Positions 35,293 to 45,342 of a DNA stretch of 64,000 bases are shown in pieces. This DNA comes from an uncultured Ulvibacter sp. GTDB taxonomy: Bacteria; Bacteroidota; Bacteroidia; Flavobacteriales; Flavobacteriaceae. How positions within the stretch are numbered: the stretch's first letter is position 1; each line of letters opens with the position of its first letter. Location of the stretch: positions 25 through 64,024 of the forward strand of contig CALIAF010000005.1 in assembly GCA_938041335.1 (NCBI GenBank). The letters run 5' to 3'. Made by a program: the position numbers and the translations under genes. The notes below the pieces were generated by a model. It saw only the letters and a program-made list of their open reading frames with translations, did no database searches and had not been told where the DNA came from.

Positions 35293-37239
35293 ATGAAAAA
35301 TTTACTAATCATCACAGGATGTGCTTTACTCCTATTGGCGTGTAAAGACAATGCCAAAGAATACAGCACCGCAAAAACGGAAGTAGCAAACTATACCATT
35401 GAGCAATTTATGGATAATGAGAGTGCCTTTGCTAATGGCTACTCGTCAGACAAGAGTAAAATTTTGATGACCAGTAATCGCTCAGGGATTTTTAATATGT
35501 ACACCACAAGTGGAACCGGTGGCGAAGTAATGCCTATTACAAAAAGTGACAGCGCCTCTATTTATGGAATATCGTATTTCCCAGAAGATGATCGTATTCT
35601 TTTTAGAATGGATGGAAATGGCGATGAAATTTTCAAAATTTTTATGAAAGATGGAGAAACAATTAAAGCATTGACACCTGTCGAGAAAGTACGCGCTTTA
35701 TTTCAAGGATGGTCTAAAGATGGAAAACAGTTTTCTTACGCAAGTAATGAAAGAGACCCAAGGTATATGGATCAATACGAAATGGACATTGCTACTTTGA
35801 CTTCAAAAATGGTATATCAAGCAGAAGAAGGAATTGATTTTGCAGGAATGACAGAAGACAAAAAACACATTGCCTTGTTAAGCCCAATAAACACTAATGA
35901 TTCTGACTTGTACGTTCTAAATACTGAGACTGGAATCAAAACAAAAGTGAATGACAATGTGAGCGGAAATAGCCCTCAAGATTTTTCACCAGATGGTAAG
36001 TCTATGTATTATACTACTGATGATGGTGGCGAGTTTAGCTATGTAATGAAATATAATATCGCAGAAGGGACTAAAGAAAGGGTGATTGAAAGGGATTGGG
36101 ATATCAATGGGTATAGCTTTTCAGAAAATGGTAAATATCAAACTACTTTTATAAATGAAGATGCAAAAAACAGTATAGAAATCACAGAAGTTGCTACAGA
36201 AACAGCTTTGGACTTACCTTCTGTAGATGGTAAAGAGATTACAGGCGTTACATTCTCTCGCGATGAAGAATCAGTTTTATTGCGAATAGGAGGGTCTAAC
36301 ACCCCATCAGATTCGTATTCGTATAATTTAAAAACTAAAGCGTTATCTAGACTTACTGAAAATCTAAACGACGAGATTATGCAAGATGATCTTGTATCAG
36401 CTAAAGTAATTAGATATCGTTCTTTTGATGGTGTAGAAATTCCTGCAATCTATTACCAACCTATTCAGGCAACAGCAGATAACCCTGTCCCAGCACTAGT
36501 TTGGGTTCACGGAGGACCAGGTGGTCAGTCTAGACAAGGTTTTAATAGTACGATCCAGTATTTAGTAAATCACGGATATGCAGTACTAGCAGTGAATAAT
36601 AGAGGAAGTAGCGGCTATGGTAAGACCTTCTATAAAATGGATGACCAAAACCACGGAGACAAAGATTTAAAAGATTGTATTGCTGGTAAAGATTGGTTGG
36701 CTGGGCAAGAGGTTATTGATGGTGATAAAATTGGAATTATCGGTGGCTCTTATGGAGGTTATATGACTATGGCTGCACTAACCTATGCTCCAGAAGAATT
36801 TAATGTGGGTGTAAATATTTTTGGTGTAACCAACTGGATGCGTACCTTAAAAAATATTCCGCCATGGTGGGAATCTTTTAAAGACGCATTATATACTGAG
36901 ATGGGTGATCCAAATACAGAAGATAGTATTCGTTTAAAGCAACAGTCTCCCCTATTTCATACAGAAAATGTAACAAAGCCATTAATGGTTTTACAAGGTG
37001 CAAAAGACCCAAGAGTATTACAAATAGAAAGTGATGAGATCGTTGCAGGTGTGCGTAAAAATGGAGTTCCTGTAGAATACGTTTTGTTTGAAGACGAAGG
37101 CCATGGTTTTGTAAAGAAAGAAAATAGAATTGAAGCCTATGGAAAAATCAAAGAGTTTCTAGACCTCTATTTAAAAGGTAGTGCAGAAGTAATGAATGAT
37201 GGAGAGCAACAAAAACCAATTAAGATAGACACGCATTAG
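35293..37239 (+). CDS. S9-family prolyl oligopeptidase / acylaminoacyl peptidase, lipoprotein
   Basis: VHGGPGG, GGSYGG nucleophile, DPRV, DEGHGF. Confidence 0.92.
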   Translation: MKNLLIITGCALLLLACKDNAKEYSTAKTEVANYTIEQFMDNESAFANGYSSDKSKILMTSNRSGIFNMYTTSGTGGEVMPITKSDSASIYGISYFPEDDRILFRMDGNGDEIFKIFMKDGETIKALTPVEKVRALFQGWSKDGKQFSYASNERDPRYMDQYEMDIATLTSKMVYQAEEGIDFAGMTEDKKHIALLSPINTNDSDLYVLNTETGIKTKVNDNVSGNSPQDFSPDGKSMYYTTDDGGEFSYVMKYNIAEGTKERVIERDWDINGYSFSENGKYQTTFINEDAKNSIEITEVATETALDLPSVDGKEITGVTFSRDEESVLLRIGGSNTPSDSYSYNLKTKALSRLTENLNDEIMQDDLVSAKVIRYRSFDGVEIPAIYYQPIQATADNPVPALVWVHGGPGGQSRQGFNSTIQYLVNHGYAVLAVNNRGSSGYGKTFYKMDDQNHGDKDLKDCIAGKDWLAGQEVIDGDKIGIIGGSYGGYMTMAALTYAPEEFNVGVNIFGVTNWMRTLKNIPPWWESFKDALYTEMGDPNTEDSIRLKQQSPLFHTENVTKPLMVLQGAKDPRVLQIESDEIVAGVRKNGVPVEYVLFEDEGHGFVKKENRIEAYGKIKEFLDLYLKGSAEVMNDGEQQKPIKIDTH

Positions 37240-37251
37240 TGTTGCGTAATG

Positions 37252-37279
37252 AGTAGTAAGTAGTAAGTAGTAAGTAGTA
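37252..37279 (+). repeat. Heptamer tract (AGTAGTA)x4
   Basis: Perfect tandem between the S9 peptidase stop and the next start. Confidence 0.9.
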
Positions 37280-37294
37280 AAAATAAAAAAATAA

Positions 37295-38032
37295 ATGAAA
37301 AAAATATGTTTCGCCCTTTTATTGGGGTTAATAGCGAATGCCGCACACGGTCAAATAAACGTTCCAGAAACTGGAGAAGATAAGTTAGGCAGTTGGGTTA
37401 TGTTTTTTGGAAATGCTCGCTTTACCGAGCGCTTTAGTATCAGTCCTGAAATCCAGTACAGAACCTACGAAGTGGGGTCCAATTTTAACCAACTCTTAAT
37501 AAGAAATGGTTTTAATTGGCATATAAATGATAAAGCTACTGCAACATTAGGTTATGGATATATAGCTACCGATGGCACTTTTGAAGAACCTAATGGTGAA
37601 GAAAACACCACAGAACATAGATTCTATGGACAGTTTGCGCTCAAAAACGCTGTTGGAAAAATTAAGTTTTCACATCGTTATAGACTTGAACAACGATTTA
37701 TCAATAGCCCTACTAGTGGTAACGACACCCAATATAGAGCACGTTATTTATTAAGACTCACCTACCCTATTAATGAGACCTGGTATGTAAGCGCCTATGA
37801 CGAAGTTTTTATCAACCTACAAGAACCCATCTTTAGTCAAAATAGATTGTATACTTCGGTGGGTTATAAATGGTCTAAAAACCTAAGATCTGAATTTGGG
37901 TATTTAAAAAACCATTTTACTGGGATTAATTATGATCGTTTACAGTTAGGTTTTTGGTATTCCTTAGACTTAAGAAACGAAACGTCAGACAACAACAAAG
38001 CAAATTTTGAACAAGGAAAAAGAATGTTTTAA
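37295..38032 (+). CDS. DUF2490-like outer-membrane beta-barrel protein
   Basis: LGSW, EIQYR, EHRFYGQ, HRYRLEQRF, RARY, DEVFINL, QNRLY. Confidence 0.8.
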   Translation: MKKICFALLLGLIANAAHGQINVPETGEDKLGSWVMFFGNARFTERFSISPEIQYRTYEVGSNFNQLLIRNGFNWHINDKATATLGYGYIATDGTFEEPNGEENTTEHRFYGQFALKNAVGKIKFSHRYRLEQRFINSPTSGNDTQYRARYLLRLTYPINETWYVSAYDEVFINLQEPIFSQNRLYTSVGYKWSKNLRSEFGYLKNHFTGINYDRLQLGFWYSLDLRNETSDNNKANFEQGKRMF

Positions 38033-38069
38033 TTCTTGATTGAATAGCTTCTAAAAACACAAAATCTTA

Positions 38070-39287
38070 ATGAAATCATCAAAAATCACATTTACCAACG
38101 CCCAAGGCAAATTACTTTCTGGTCGTCTTGATCTTCCTTTAGAACAAGAACCACACAACTTTGCCATCTTTGCACACTGTTTTACGTGTACTAAAGATTT
38201 TAGTGCGGTCCGTAATGTAAGTAAGGCATTAGCCAGTGAAGGTTTTGGCGTACTCCGTTTCGATTTTACGGGTTTGGGGGATAGTGATGGTGATTTTGCC
38301 GACACCAACTTTTCTAGTAATGTGGCAGATTTGGTACAAGCCGCACACTATCTAAAAAAAGAATATAAAGCCCCTTCCCTACTCGTTGGGCATTCCTTAG
38401 GTGGAGCAGCAGCTATTTTTGCTGCTTCGGAAATACCAAGCATTCAAGCTTTGGCTACTATTGGAGCACCAAGCAATCCCGTGCATGTTAAAAAGCAATT
38501 TGGATCACAAGCACAGGCCATCGAAAATAATGGCGTTGGAAAAGTGGTTTTAGCAGGTAGAGATTTCACCTTCAAGAAACAATTTTTTGATGACCTTGAA
38601 GAACAATCCTGTGAAGCGGCCGCTTCAAGATTAGAAGGCAAAGCGTTGCTCATATTGCACTCTCCTCAAGATGCCACAGTATCTATTAAAAATGCAGAAG
38701 AAATTTACCACGCCGCAATGCACCCAAAGAGCTTTGTGACACTCGATGGAAGTGAACACCTTCTCATTGATAAAAAAAATGCGGCTTATGTAGGTAAAGT
38801 GATATCGGGATGGGCGGCACGCTATATTAATGTGCCAGAACAAGAAATTATAAAGACAACACATAATGTTGTAGCCAGTCTAGATGCAGAGGATGGCTTC
38901 ACTACCTTGATGAAAATGGGAACACATTACAGCAAAGCTGATGAACCTTTGCGAGTAGGTGGTAATGATTTTGGACCTACTCCATATGAGCTTTTAGCGG
39001 GTAGCTTATCTGCTTGTACAGCTATGACCATACAGATGTATGCTAAACGTAAAGAATGGCTCATAGAAAATGTAGAGGTGCATACCAGCTATACAAGAGA
39101 CTATGCGCAGGACTGTGCAGACTGCGAGAACAGCGAAGCAAATAAGATTGATACATTTACGAGAGAGATAAAATTTACTGGAAATCTAGATGAAAAACAA
39201 TTAAAACGTCTGCTTCAAATTGCAGATAAGTGTCCGGTGCATAAAACACTGCATAATGAGACACAGGTGATTACAAAGTTGATTTAA
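38070..39287 (+). CDS. Bifunctional alpha/beta-hydrolase / OsmC-family protein
   Basis: FAHCFTC, RFDFTGLG, GHSLGG; OsmC PYELL...ACTAMT...ADKCPVHKTL. Confidence 0.9.
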   Translation: MKSSKITFTNAQGKLLSGRLDLPLEQEPHNFAIFAHCFTCTKDFSAVRNVSKALASEGFGVLRFDFTGLGDSDGDFADTNFSSNVADLVQAAHYLKKEYKAPSLLVGHSLGGAAAIFAASEIPSIQALATIGAPSNPVHVKKQFGSQAQAIENNGVGKVVLAGRDFTFKKQFFDDLEEQSCEAAASRLEGKALLILHSPQDATVSIKNAEEIYHAAMHPKSFVTLDGSEHLLIDKKNAAYVGKVISGWAARYINVPEQEIIKTTHNVVASLDAEDGFTTLMKMGTHYSKADEPLRVGGNDFGPTPYELLAGSLSACTAMTIQMYAKRKEWLIENVEVHTSYTRDYAQDCADCENSEANKIDTFTREIKFTGNLDEKQLKRLLQIADKCPVHKTLHNETQVITKLI

Positions 39288-39388
39288 TCACGTTTAGCAG
39301 TCCCTCAATTTAAAGAATTATTCAATTTGTTGTGAGGGCTATTTAAATCACGTACTTTTAAATGAATCTAATATTAAATACCAATAAA

Positions 39389-39976
39389 ATGAAAAATATA
39401 GCAATGATGGCACTAATGGTGCTTGCTTTAGCGAGTTGTAAAGATGAAAAAAAAGGAGGAAATGATCCAGATAACCCAAGAACTATTGGTGTGAGTGAAT
39501 CTGACTCTAACAATACTTCATCTATGAAAAAGATGACCATTCAGCTTGAGGCCAAAAGTGGCGGTAAGGCAACAGGTGTTGTGAATATTACAGAAAAAGA
39601 TGGAAACGTTGTTTTTGAAGCAAAGCTAAAAGGTCTAACTCCAGGTATGCACGCTATCCATTTACATGAGAAAGCAGATTGTAGTAGTGATGATGGAAAA
39701 TCATCTGGAGGTCACTGGAACCCAACATTTGCTGCTCACGGAAAATGGGGTGCTCCAGAAGGCTATCACAAAGGAGATATAGGAAACTTTAAAGTAGACA
39801 AAGAAGGTACAGGAAGTGTAACCATGATCACTGATGAATGGTGTGTAGGTTGCGGTGATGAAAAGAAAGATATTCTAGGAAAAGCAATCGTTGTTCACCA
39901 AGGAGAAGATGACCTTACGTCTCAACCATCTGGTGCAGCTGGTGCTAGAATGAGTTGTGGGGGTATTATTAAATAG
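39389..39976 (+). CDS. sodC: Cu/Zn superoxide dismutase, lipoprotein (start moved to 39389)
   Basis: Metal ligands intact: HAIHLHE, GGHWNP, AHG, HKGDIGN, VVHQ, GARMSCG; lipobox LASC. Confidence 0.9.
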   Translation: MKNIAMMALMVLALASCKDEKKGGNDPDNPRTIGVSESDSNNTSSMKKMTIQLEAKSGGKATGVVNITEKDGNVVFEAKLKGLTPGMHAIHLHEKADCSSDDGKSSGGHWNPTFAAHGKWGAPEGYHKGDIGNFKVDKEGTGSVTMITDEWCVGCGDEKKDILGKAIVVHQGEDDLTSQPSGAAGARMSCGGIIK

Positions 39977-39998
39977 TATTTTTTATTACTACATATAG

Positions 39999-40033
39999 AA
40001 GCCGATATTGATGTTAATCAGTATCGGCTTTTT
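39999..40033. terminator. Intrinsic terminator after sodC
   Basis: AAGCCGATATTG...CAGTATCGGCTT plus T tract. Confidence 0.8.
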
Positions 40034-40186
40034 ATATTGTACACTGCGGTGTTTCTTTTTAGAGGTGCGGGGAACACTTAATTTATGTTTCACTTTTTGG
40101 TACACATTATAATAGGCAAATATGATACCAAAAAAAGCGAGCTCATACAAAAGTATAAGCTCGCTTTTATTATAAGACTGTTATTG

Positions 40187-43100
40187 TTACTTTTTGATTA
40201 CTTGTTTGACAAGTGTATTATTACCAGCCACAATCTTAATAAAGTAAAAGCCATCTGCAAGATCTGCAATATTAAAGTCAGTAATTTCTGTAATAGAAGG
40301 AATTACATTTTTAATCATTCTTCCATTTACGTCAATAACTTGAATAGCTGTTAATGCAACATCACCATTGTATGTTAACTTAATATTTCCGAAGGTAGGA
40401 TTAGGAACAAGTGAAATACTTGAATCTAACACTTCATCTTCTACTCCTAAGACTGCATCTAGTTCAAACTCGCAAGAGCTGGTATTACCTGAACCATCTG
40501 TAACGGTTAATGTTACCGTATAATTACCTGCAGAAAGAGTACTCCCAATAGCAGGTGACTGTGTTATTGTAAATGAACAGTTATCTGAGGCTACAGCATC
40601 TGTTGTAAAATCTGGCATCTCAAATTCACCTCCTGTTTGAGTAATCACCATATCATCTGGGCACGTAATAGTAGGTGCTTCTTCTTCTCCAGTTACTATA
40701 GCTGGTATACGTTGCGCCAAACACCCCTGAAAACCGAGTTGCATATCTGTATTATAGGTACCATAATCAGAAGCTAAGCAATCTGAGGACCAGTTTGAGG
40801 CACTGTCATTTTCGCTTACTCTTCTATAAGAAGTACTACATACATCCGTAAAATCTGCTCCTGCCCCTGTCCATTCAATATCTGAGGCATCTATTGGAAC
40901 CCCATCAACAGTAATATCGAGGGTAGCTATTTCATTTGACGCTGCATTCCAGAAAACAGATTCTACTACATTATCATCTGTGTCAAGAATAATAATCCAT
41001 CCATTACCACCGTCTCCCCACCAGATATTTTCTCCCCAATAATTAGGGCTTCCTTGCACATCATCGAAAAAGACTACACTGTTTTCTGCCATAAACCCTA
41101 ACTCTTGAACCACACTATTCGTTGTATTAAAATTAGTATAAGGCTCATCGCTTAATACAATCTTATAACCAGAATAATCCTTTGCCGCGCCAATGTTGGT
41201 TATTTCAAAGACATCTGGAAACTGGATACTTATTTCTGTAACTTTTAATTCACTAGTCGTGAATAAAGGTCCTTCTTGGGCATATACCGTGGTATTTTGT
41301 GTTGGAGTAAATGTATAATCAGTTCCAGAAGCTAAAAAGTTACCTCCTTCTTGAGCGTCATACCAATTGATTACATTATCTGCATCATTTAGCGTTGCGG
41401 TTACCGTTACCTCTTCGTTTAAACATGCTAATAACGCATCTGTTGTTGTAGGAGGATTTGGAGCAAAGAATACCTCTATATTATCAAAGGCTGTAGACGC
41501 TATTGAACACTCTCCATCTTGAACTTGGTATACAATTGTATGTACTCCAGGACCCGCTGCATTTGGATCAAAAGTGTATGAATACCCGTCACCATTATCT
41601 GTTACACCTGGACCACTATAAACTCCACCAAATGGCATTCCGCCAGTTGCATTTGTTATTACAGGAACACTTTGACATAGGTCTGCTGGTGCTGAAAAGT
41701 TTGCAAGGTTAGATGGGGTGTCAAAAGCTTCTGTTCCATCACCTCTGCTCGCAGAGCTTCCTTGAATTGCGCTAAAGCCTAAACCTCTTTTTGCAAAAGC
41801 ATCCCAAATAATACATTCGTTTGCACCGCCATAAATAGCAACATCTGCTGCGAGTATCGCATCTCTACCATCTACAAATCCTGGTGCACAAGGTTGAAGC
41901 TTCATACCTTCCATAACTAATAACATCGCTTGTATATTACCTGCATCAAGGTTTACATCTCCTGTTACTGTCATAAAATCATCACTAAAGCCGTGTACGC
42001 CTATCATATTCCAGGTCATTTCCCATAACATCGTTGCCCATACAGATCCTACTCCGTGAGGTACACTCTCTGTCATTATATCATCGTAAGTATGTGGATT
42101 AACACTAAGATCTGTACTATAAGGAAAAGATCTAATACCGTTACCAAGTGGACCTTGTCCAAAAAGATAGGTCCCAACTGCTCTTGCGTCTTCTGGCATA
42201 TCACTCTGTTTCATGGTAAGCATGATTCCAAAATAATCGCTCCATCCTTCACCCATCTGTTCATTACCAGATAAACAACCTGCAGCTGCTGCACCTCCAG
42301 TTAGACGATTAGAAATACCGTGTCCATACTCGTGTGTAATAACTAGTGCATCATAATCTCCATCCTTATCATTACACGTGTACATTTGCATCGTTGGATT
42401 CCCGCCATCTGGTGGAGTTCCAAAATTTGCATTACACTCACCAGAGTTGTCTTGAGCCTCACCATTTACACTATCGCTGCCTAGACCTCCACCTCCATAA
42501 TTATTTTCTTGAAAGTTTCCAGATTTAGGATCAAAACCATATTGATAAGTCACATCATGAATGATATTATTCCAGTAAAATAAATTTGTAATTGCTGCAT
42601 CTTCAGATTGGTCGCCCACGCTATAATTAATATTAAAAGGAAAACCAGTAAAATCTAATGTGGCACCACCTTCCGGTTGATAACCTGGATTATCTCCGTC
42701 TTCATAAGCATTCACATTATTACCACGAGTAGTAGTAAACTCTGCTCCATTAGCGCCATCAGTATCATGCCAACCGAAAGGAGAAGCATCATCATCTGCT
42801 ACCAAGGTTTCAATTGTTCTTGAACCAAAATATGGACTTTCTAATGGGATGGCAAACACTTCATAACACTCAGAACATCCTTGCTCATTATTTAATGAAA
42901 CTGGAGTATTAGCAAGGTCTATTAAATTTCGGTTAAAATCTAATACTTCTTCATGATCGTGGTCATGTTCTAAATTACATTGAGACATCCAATCGAATTT
43001 AGAAATCACTTCTCCTGTGATTGCGCTTACCTTTATATTATACCAATGCTTTTGAGCTTTTTCTTGAATGGCAATATCCCAGACCAATTCAATACCATCT

Positions 43101-43594
43101 TCAACCTTAAAATAAGCAAGAGACACTGGAATGTCACTCAATGAAATGCCACCATCAGAAAAAACATATGCTTCTCTTTGGTTTTCTTTACTGATCTGAA
43201 CTAAGTCGCTAGTCATTCTGTACTGCTCAGAAAGTGCAGCTTTTTCGATGGCATTTTTTGCAGAAATAGCAGGACTACTATTTTTTGCTAGGGTCTTAAC
43301 ACTAGCAATAAATTTTAAATCATTAGCAAAAACGGTTTTATTTTGCAGATGCAACCCAGACTCCGTTCCTACTACTGGAATATCATTAACCGTCTGTCTA
43401 TAATAGATATGATGTATCCCGCTTAACGTACTTACATGTTCACTAGTTATCTCAAACGTAGTGTCATCTGAGGATAAACTACCTCCCTCTCTATTTTGAA
43501 GCATAAATTTTTCTAGCTCTTGTTTTGCATTTTGTGCTTGTAACCCAAATACACAACACATCATTAAAAGACCAAGTACATATAATTTTTTCAT
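40187..43594 (-). CDS. M36 (fungalysin) metalloprotease with FTP/PepSY propeptide, Ig-like/HYR domains and T9SS C-terminal domain
   Basis: THEYGHGISNRL, MGEGWSD, VHGVG-like PHGVGSVW, EGMKLQPC; tail VPNPT...DVNGRMI...DGFYFIKI. Confidence 0.92.
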   Translation of the reverse strand: MKKLYVLGLLMMCCVFGLQAQNAKQELEKFMLQNREGGSLSSDDTTFEITSEHVSTLSGIHHIYYRQTVNDIPVVGTESGLHLQNKTVFANDLKFIASVKTLAKNSSPAISAKNAIEKAALSEQYRMTSDLVQISKENQREAYVFSDGGISLSDIPVSLAYFKVEDGIELVWDIAIQEKAQKHWYNIKVSAITGEVISKFDWMSQCNLEHDHDHEEVLDFNRNLIDLANTPVSLNNEQGCSECYEVFAIPLESPYFGSRTIETLVADDDASPFGWHDTDGANGAEFTTTRGNNVNAYEDGDNPGYQPEGGATLDFTGFPFNINYSVGDQSEDAAITNLFYWNNIIHDVTYQYGFDPKSGNFQENNYGGGGLGSDSVNGEAQDNSGECNANFGTPPDGGNPTMQMYTCNDKDGDYDALVITHEYGHGISNRLTGGAAAAGCLSGNEQMGEGWSDYFGIMLTMKQSDMPEDARAVGTYLFGQGPLGNGIRSFPYSTDLSVNPHTYDDIMTESVPHGVGSVWATMLWEMTWNMIGVHGFSDDFMTVTGDVNLDAGNIQAMLLVMEGMKLQPCAPGFVDGRDAILAADVAIYGGANECIIWDAFAKRGLGFSAIQGSSASRGDGTEAFDTPSNLANFSAPADLCQSVPVITNATGGMPFGGVYSGPGVTDNGDGYSYTFDPNAAGPGVHTIVYQVQDGECSIASTAFDNIEVFFAPNPPTTTDALLACLNEEVTVTATLNDADNVINWYDAQEGGNFLASGTDYTFTPTQNTTVYAQEGPLFTTSELKVTEISIQFPDVFEITNIGAAKDYSGYKIVLSDEPYTNFNTTNSVVQELGFMAENSVVFFDDVQGSPNYWGENIWWGDGGNGWIIILDTDDNVVESVFWNAASNEIATLDITVDGVPIDASDIEWTGAGADFTDVCSTSYRRVSENDSASNWSSDCLASDYGTYNTDMQLGFQGCLAQRIPAIVTGEEEAPTITCPDDMVITQTGGEFEMPDFTTDAVASDNCSFTITQSPAIGSTLSAGNYTVTLTVTDGSGNTSSCEFELDAVLGVEDEVLDSSISLVPNPTFGNIKLTYNGDVALTAIQVIDVNGRMIKNVIPSITEITDFNIADLADGFYFIKIVAGNNTLVKQVIKK

Positions 43595-43765
43595 AAATAT
43601 ATTTTTTCTAAAAATAGGAATTCTCTTCCTTTTAAGAACCCTTTAAGTATCTATTTAACATTTTATTAAATTCATATTTTTTATATCATAAGGTTAATAA
43701 ATTGTTTGTTTTAAATAGAATATTTATACTTTTCTATTCCTTATATTTATAAAAAATATTTTAGA

Positions 43766-44299
43766 ATGAAACAACCCGATGATCTAATCCAATCTATGCA
43801 AGAAGGAGATGAAAGTTCATTTAGTAAGTTATATGATATGTATAATGAAGCTATTTATGGTATTATTTATAGTATCGTACTAGATCGAGCCATTGCACAA
43901 GAAGTGATGCAAGATGTTTTTATAAAAATCTGGAACAAAAGAGATTCATATAACATTAATAAAGGGCGTTTTTTTACTTGGATTTTAAATATTGCCCGAA
44001 ATGCAAGTATTGATCAAATACGATCCAAATCTTTTAAAAATGAAAGAAAAAACCTTTCCACCAGTAATTTCGTAGATATTTTAAAGACAAGCGATTCGCT
44101 TAACAGTAGAATGGATGCTCTAGGTATAAAAAAGTTTATTGATAAGTTGAAACCTACCTGTGTGAGTATTATTGATTTATTGTTTTTTAAAGGATTTACT
44201 CAAGCAGATGCGGCAAAAGAACTTGATATTCCGCTAGGGACTTTAAAAACAAGAAATAGAAGCTGTTTAAATGAATTAAGAACATTAGTCTTAGATTAA
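43766..44299 (+). CDS. ECF sigma factor (SigK-like)
   Basis: AQEVMQDVFIKIW, FFTWILNIARNASID, DIPLGTLKTR. Confidence 0.93.
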   Translation: MKQPDDLIQSMQEGDESSFSKLYDMYNEAIYGIIYSIVLDRAIAQEVMQDVFIKIWNKRDSYNINKGRFFTWILNIARNASIDQIRSKSFKNERKNLSTSNFVDILKTSDSLNSRMDALGIKKFIDKLKPTCVSIIDLLFFKGFTQADAAKELDIPLGTLKTRNRSCLNELRTLVLD

Positions 44300-44300
44300 T

Positions 44301-45089
44301 ATGGAAGAACTTATCACATCTGGAAAACTAGAACTGTTTGTAACAGGTTCGCTTCCTTTAGAAGAAAGGGATGCCGTAACCGCCATGATAAAAAAGCACC
44401 CAGAAGTGCGGCGTGAAGTTGAAAAAATAGAGCAAACACTGCTTACTTTAGGGGCAACAGTTGCTCCACCTATCACCGCTCAAATTTGGACAACTATTTT
44501 AAAAGGCATTGACGGCGTCAAATACTTACCAAAAGAGCAAGGTACTAACTGGACCGCTATCACCGGATGGGCTGCAGCAGTGGCTTGTATGATAGGCTTA
44601 TTCTGGTCATTGAATGAAAAGAATTCAATTCAAAATGATTTTGATATAGTAAACACAAAAAATGTAGTTTTAACTGAAGAGAAAACAAATGCAAATACAG
44701 CTCTAAAAGAAACAACTGTTTTCTTAGAAATACTTAAAGACAAAGATTATAAATCTATTGCACTTCCGGGTAATCAAGCGGTATCACCGGATGCCTTTGC
44801 AACCGTTTATTTTAATGCCAAAGAAGGTGTAGCTGTTATTGATGCTTCTGGTTTACCCATACCTCCAGCAGATAAAGAATACCAAGTATGGTCATTAATT
44901 ATGGATCCATTAACACCGAGTAGTATGGGACTATTTAATAAAAATACAGCAATATCATCTGAGAATCAAGTGTATAAATTTGAAAACTTGCCCGAGACAC
45001 AAGCCTTTGGTATTACCTTAGAACCAAAAGGAGGAAGTGAATCTCCTAACTTAGCTCAATTATACACCTTAGGGGCAGTAGCTCCATAA
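44301..45089 (+). CDS. Anti-sigma factor (RskA-like)
   Basis: LELFVTGSL, one TM segment, LPIPPADKEYQVW, AFGITLEPKGGSESP. Confidence 0.88.
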   Translation: MEELITSGKLELFVTGSLPLEERDAVTAMIKKHPEVRREVEKIEQTLLTLGATVAPPITAQIWTTILKGIDGVKYLPKEQGTNWTAITGWAAAVACMIGLFWSLNEKNSIQNDFDIVNTKNVVLTEEKTNANTALKETTVFLEILKDKDYKSIALPGNQAVSPDAFATVYFNAKEGVAVIDASGLPIPPADKEYQVWSLIMDPLTPSSMGLFNKNTAISSENQVYKFENLPETQAFGITLEPKGGSESPNLAQLYTLGAVAP

Positions 45090-45104
45090 CACTAGGAATA
45101 TTCT

Positions 45105-45142
45105 AAAAAAAATCATCTCGTTTAAACGAGATGATTTTTTTT
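45105..45142. terminator. Perfect 38-bp palindrome, bidirectional terminator
   Basis: AAAAAAAATCATCTCGTTT/AAACGAGATGATTTTTTTT. Confidence 0.88.
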
Positions 45143-45313
45143 GCTAAACAATTGGAATCACAATCAATTAGTACCTCATTACTCCTTATGCATGTAATGC
45201 TCAATTTTACAAACATGTTAAAAGCCCCACAATAAATTGCAGGACACAACTAACAAAAAAACTTTGAAAAACTGGTCGTAGTAAATGATATTACCACTAC
45301 CCGATCAATTATA

Positions 45314-45342
45314 TATACGTGGTATTCTTCGTTTAGGTTTTA
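45314..45342 (-). promoter_or_regulatory. ECF-type promoter motif 2 (points into the 45143-45310 intergenic region)
   Basis: Minus strand TAAAACC-N16-CGTATA, same motif and spacing as 48192-48220. Confidence 0.55.

Noticed and set aside
45106-45220. Minus-strand 37-aa ORF (MFVKLSITC...) as product of the second ECF promoter
   Set aside because: Runs through the terminator palindrome and has no recognisable features
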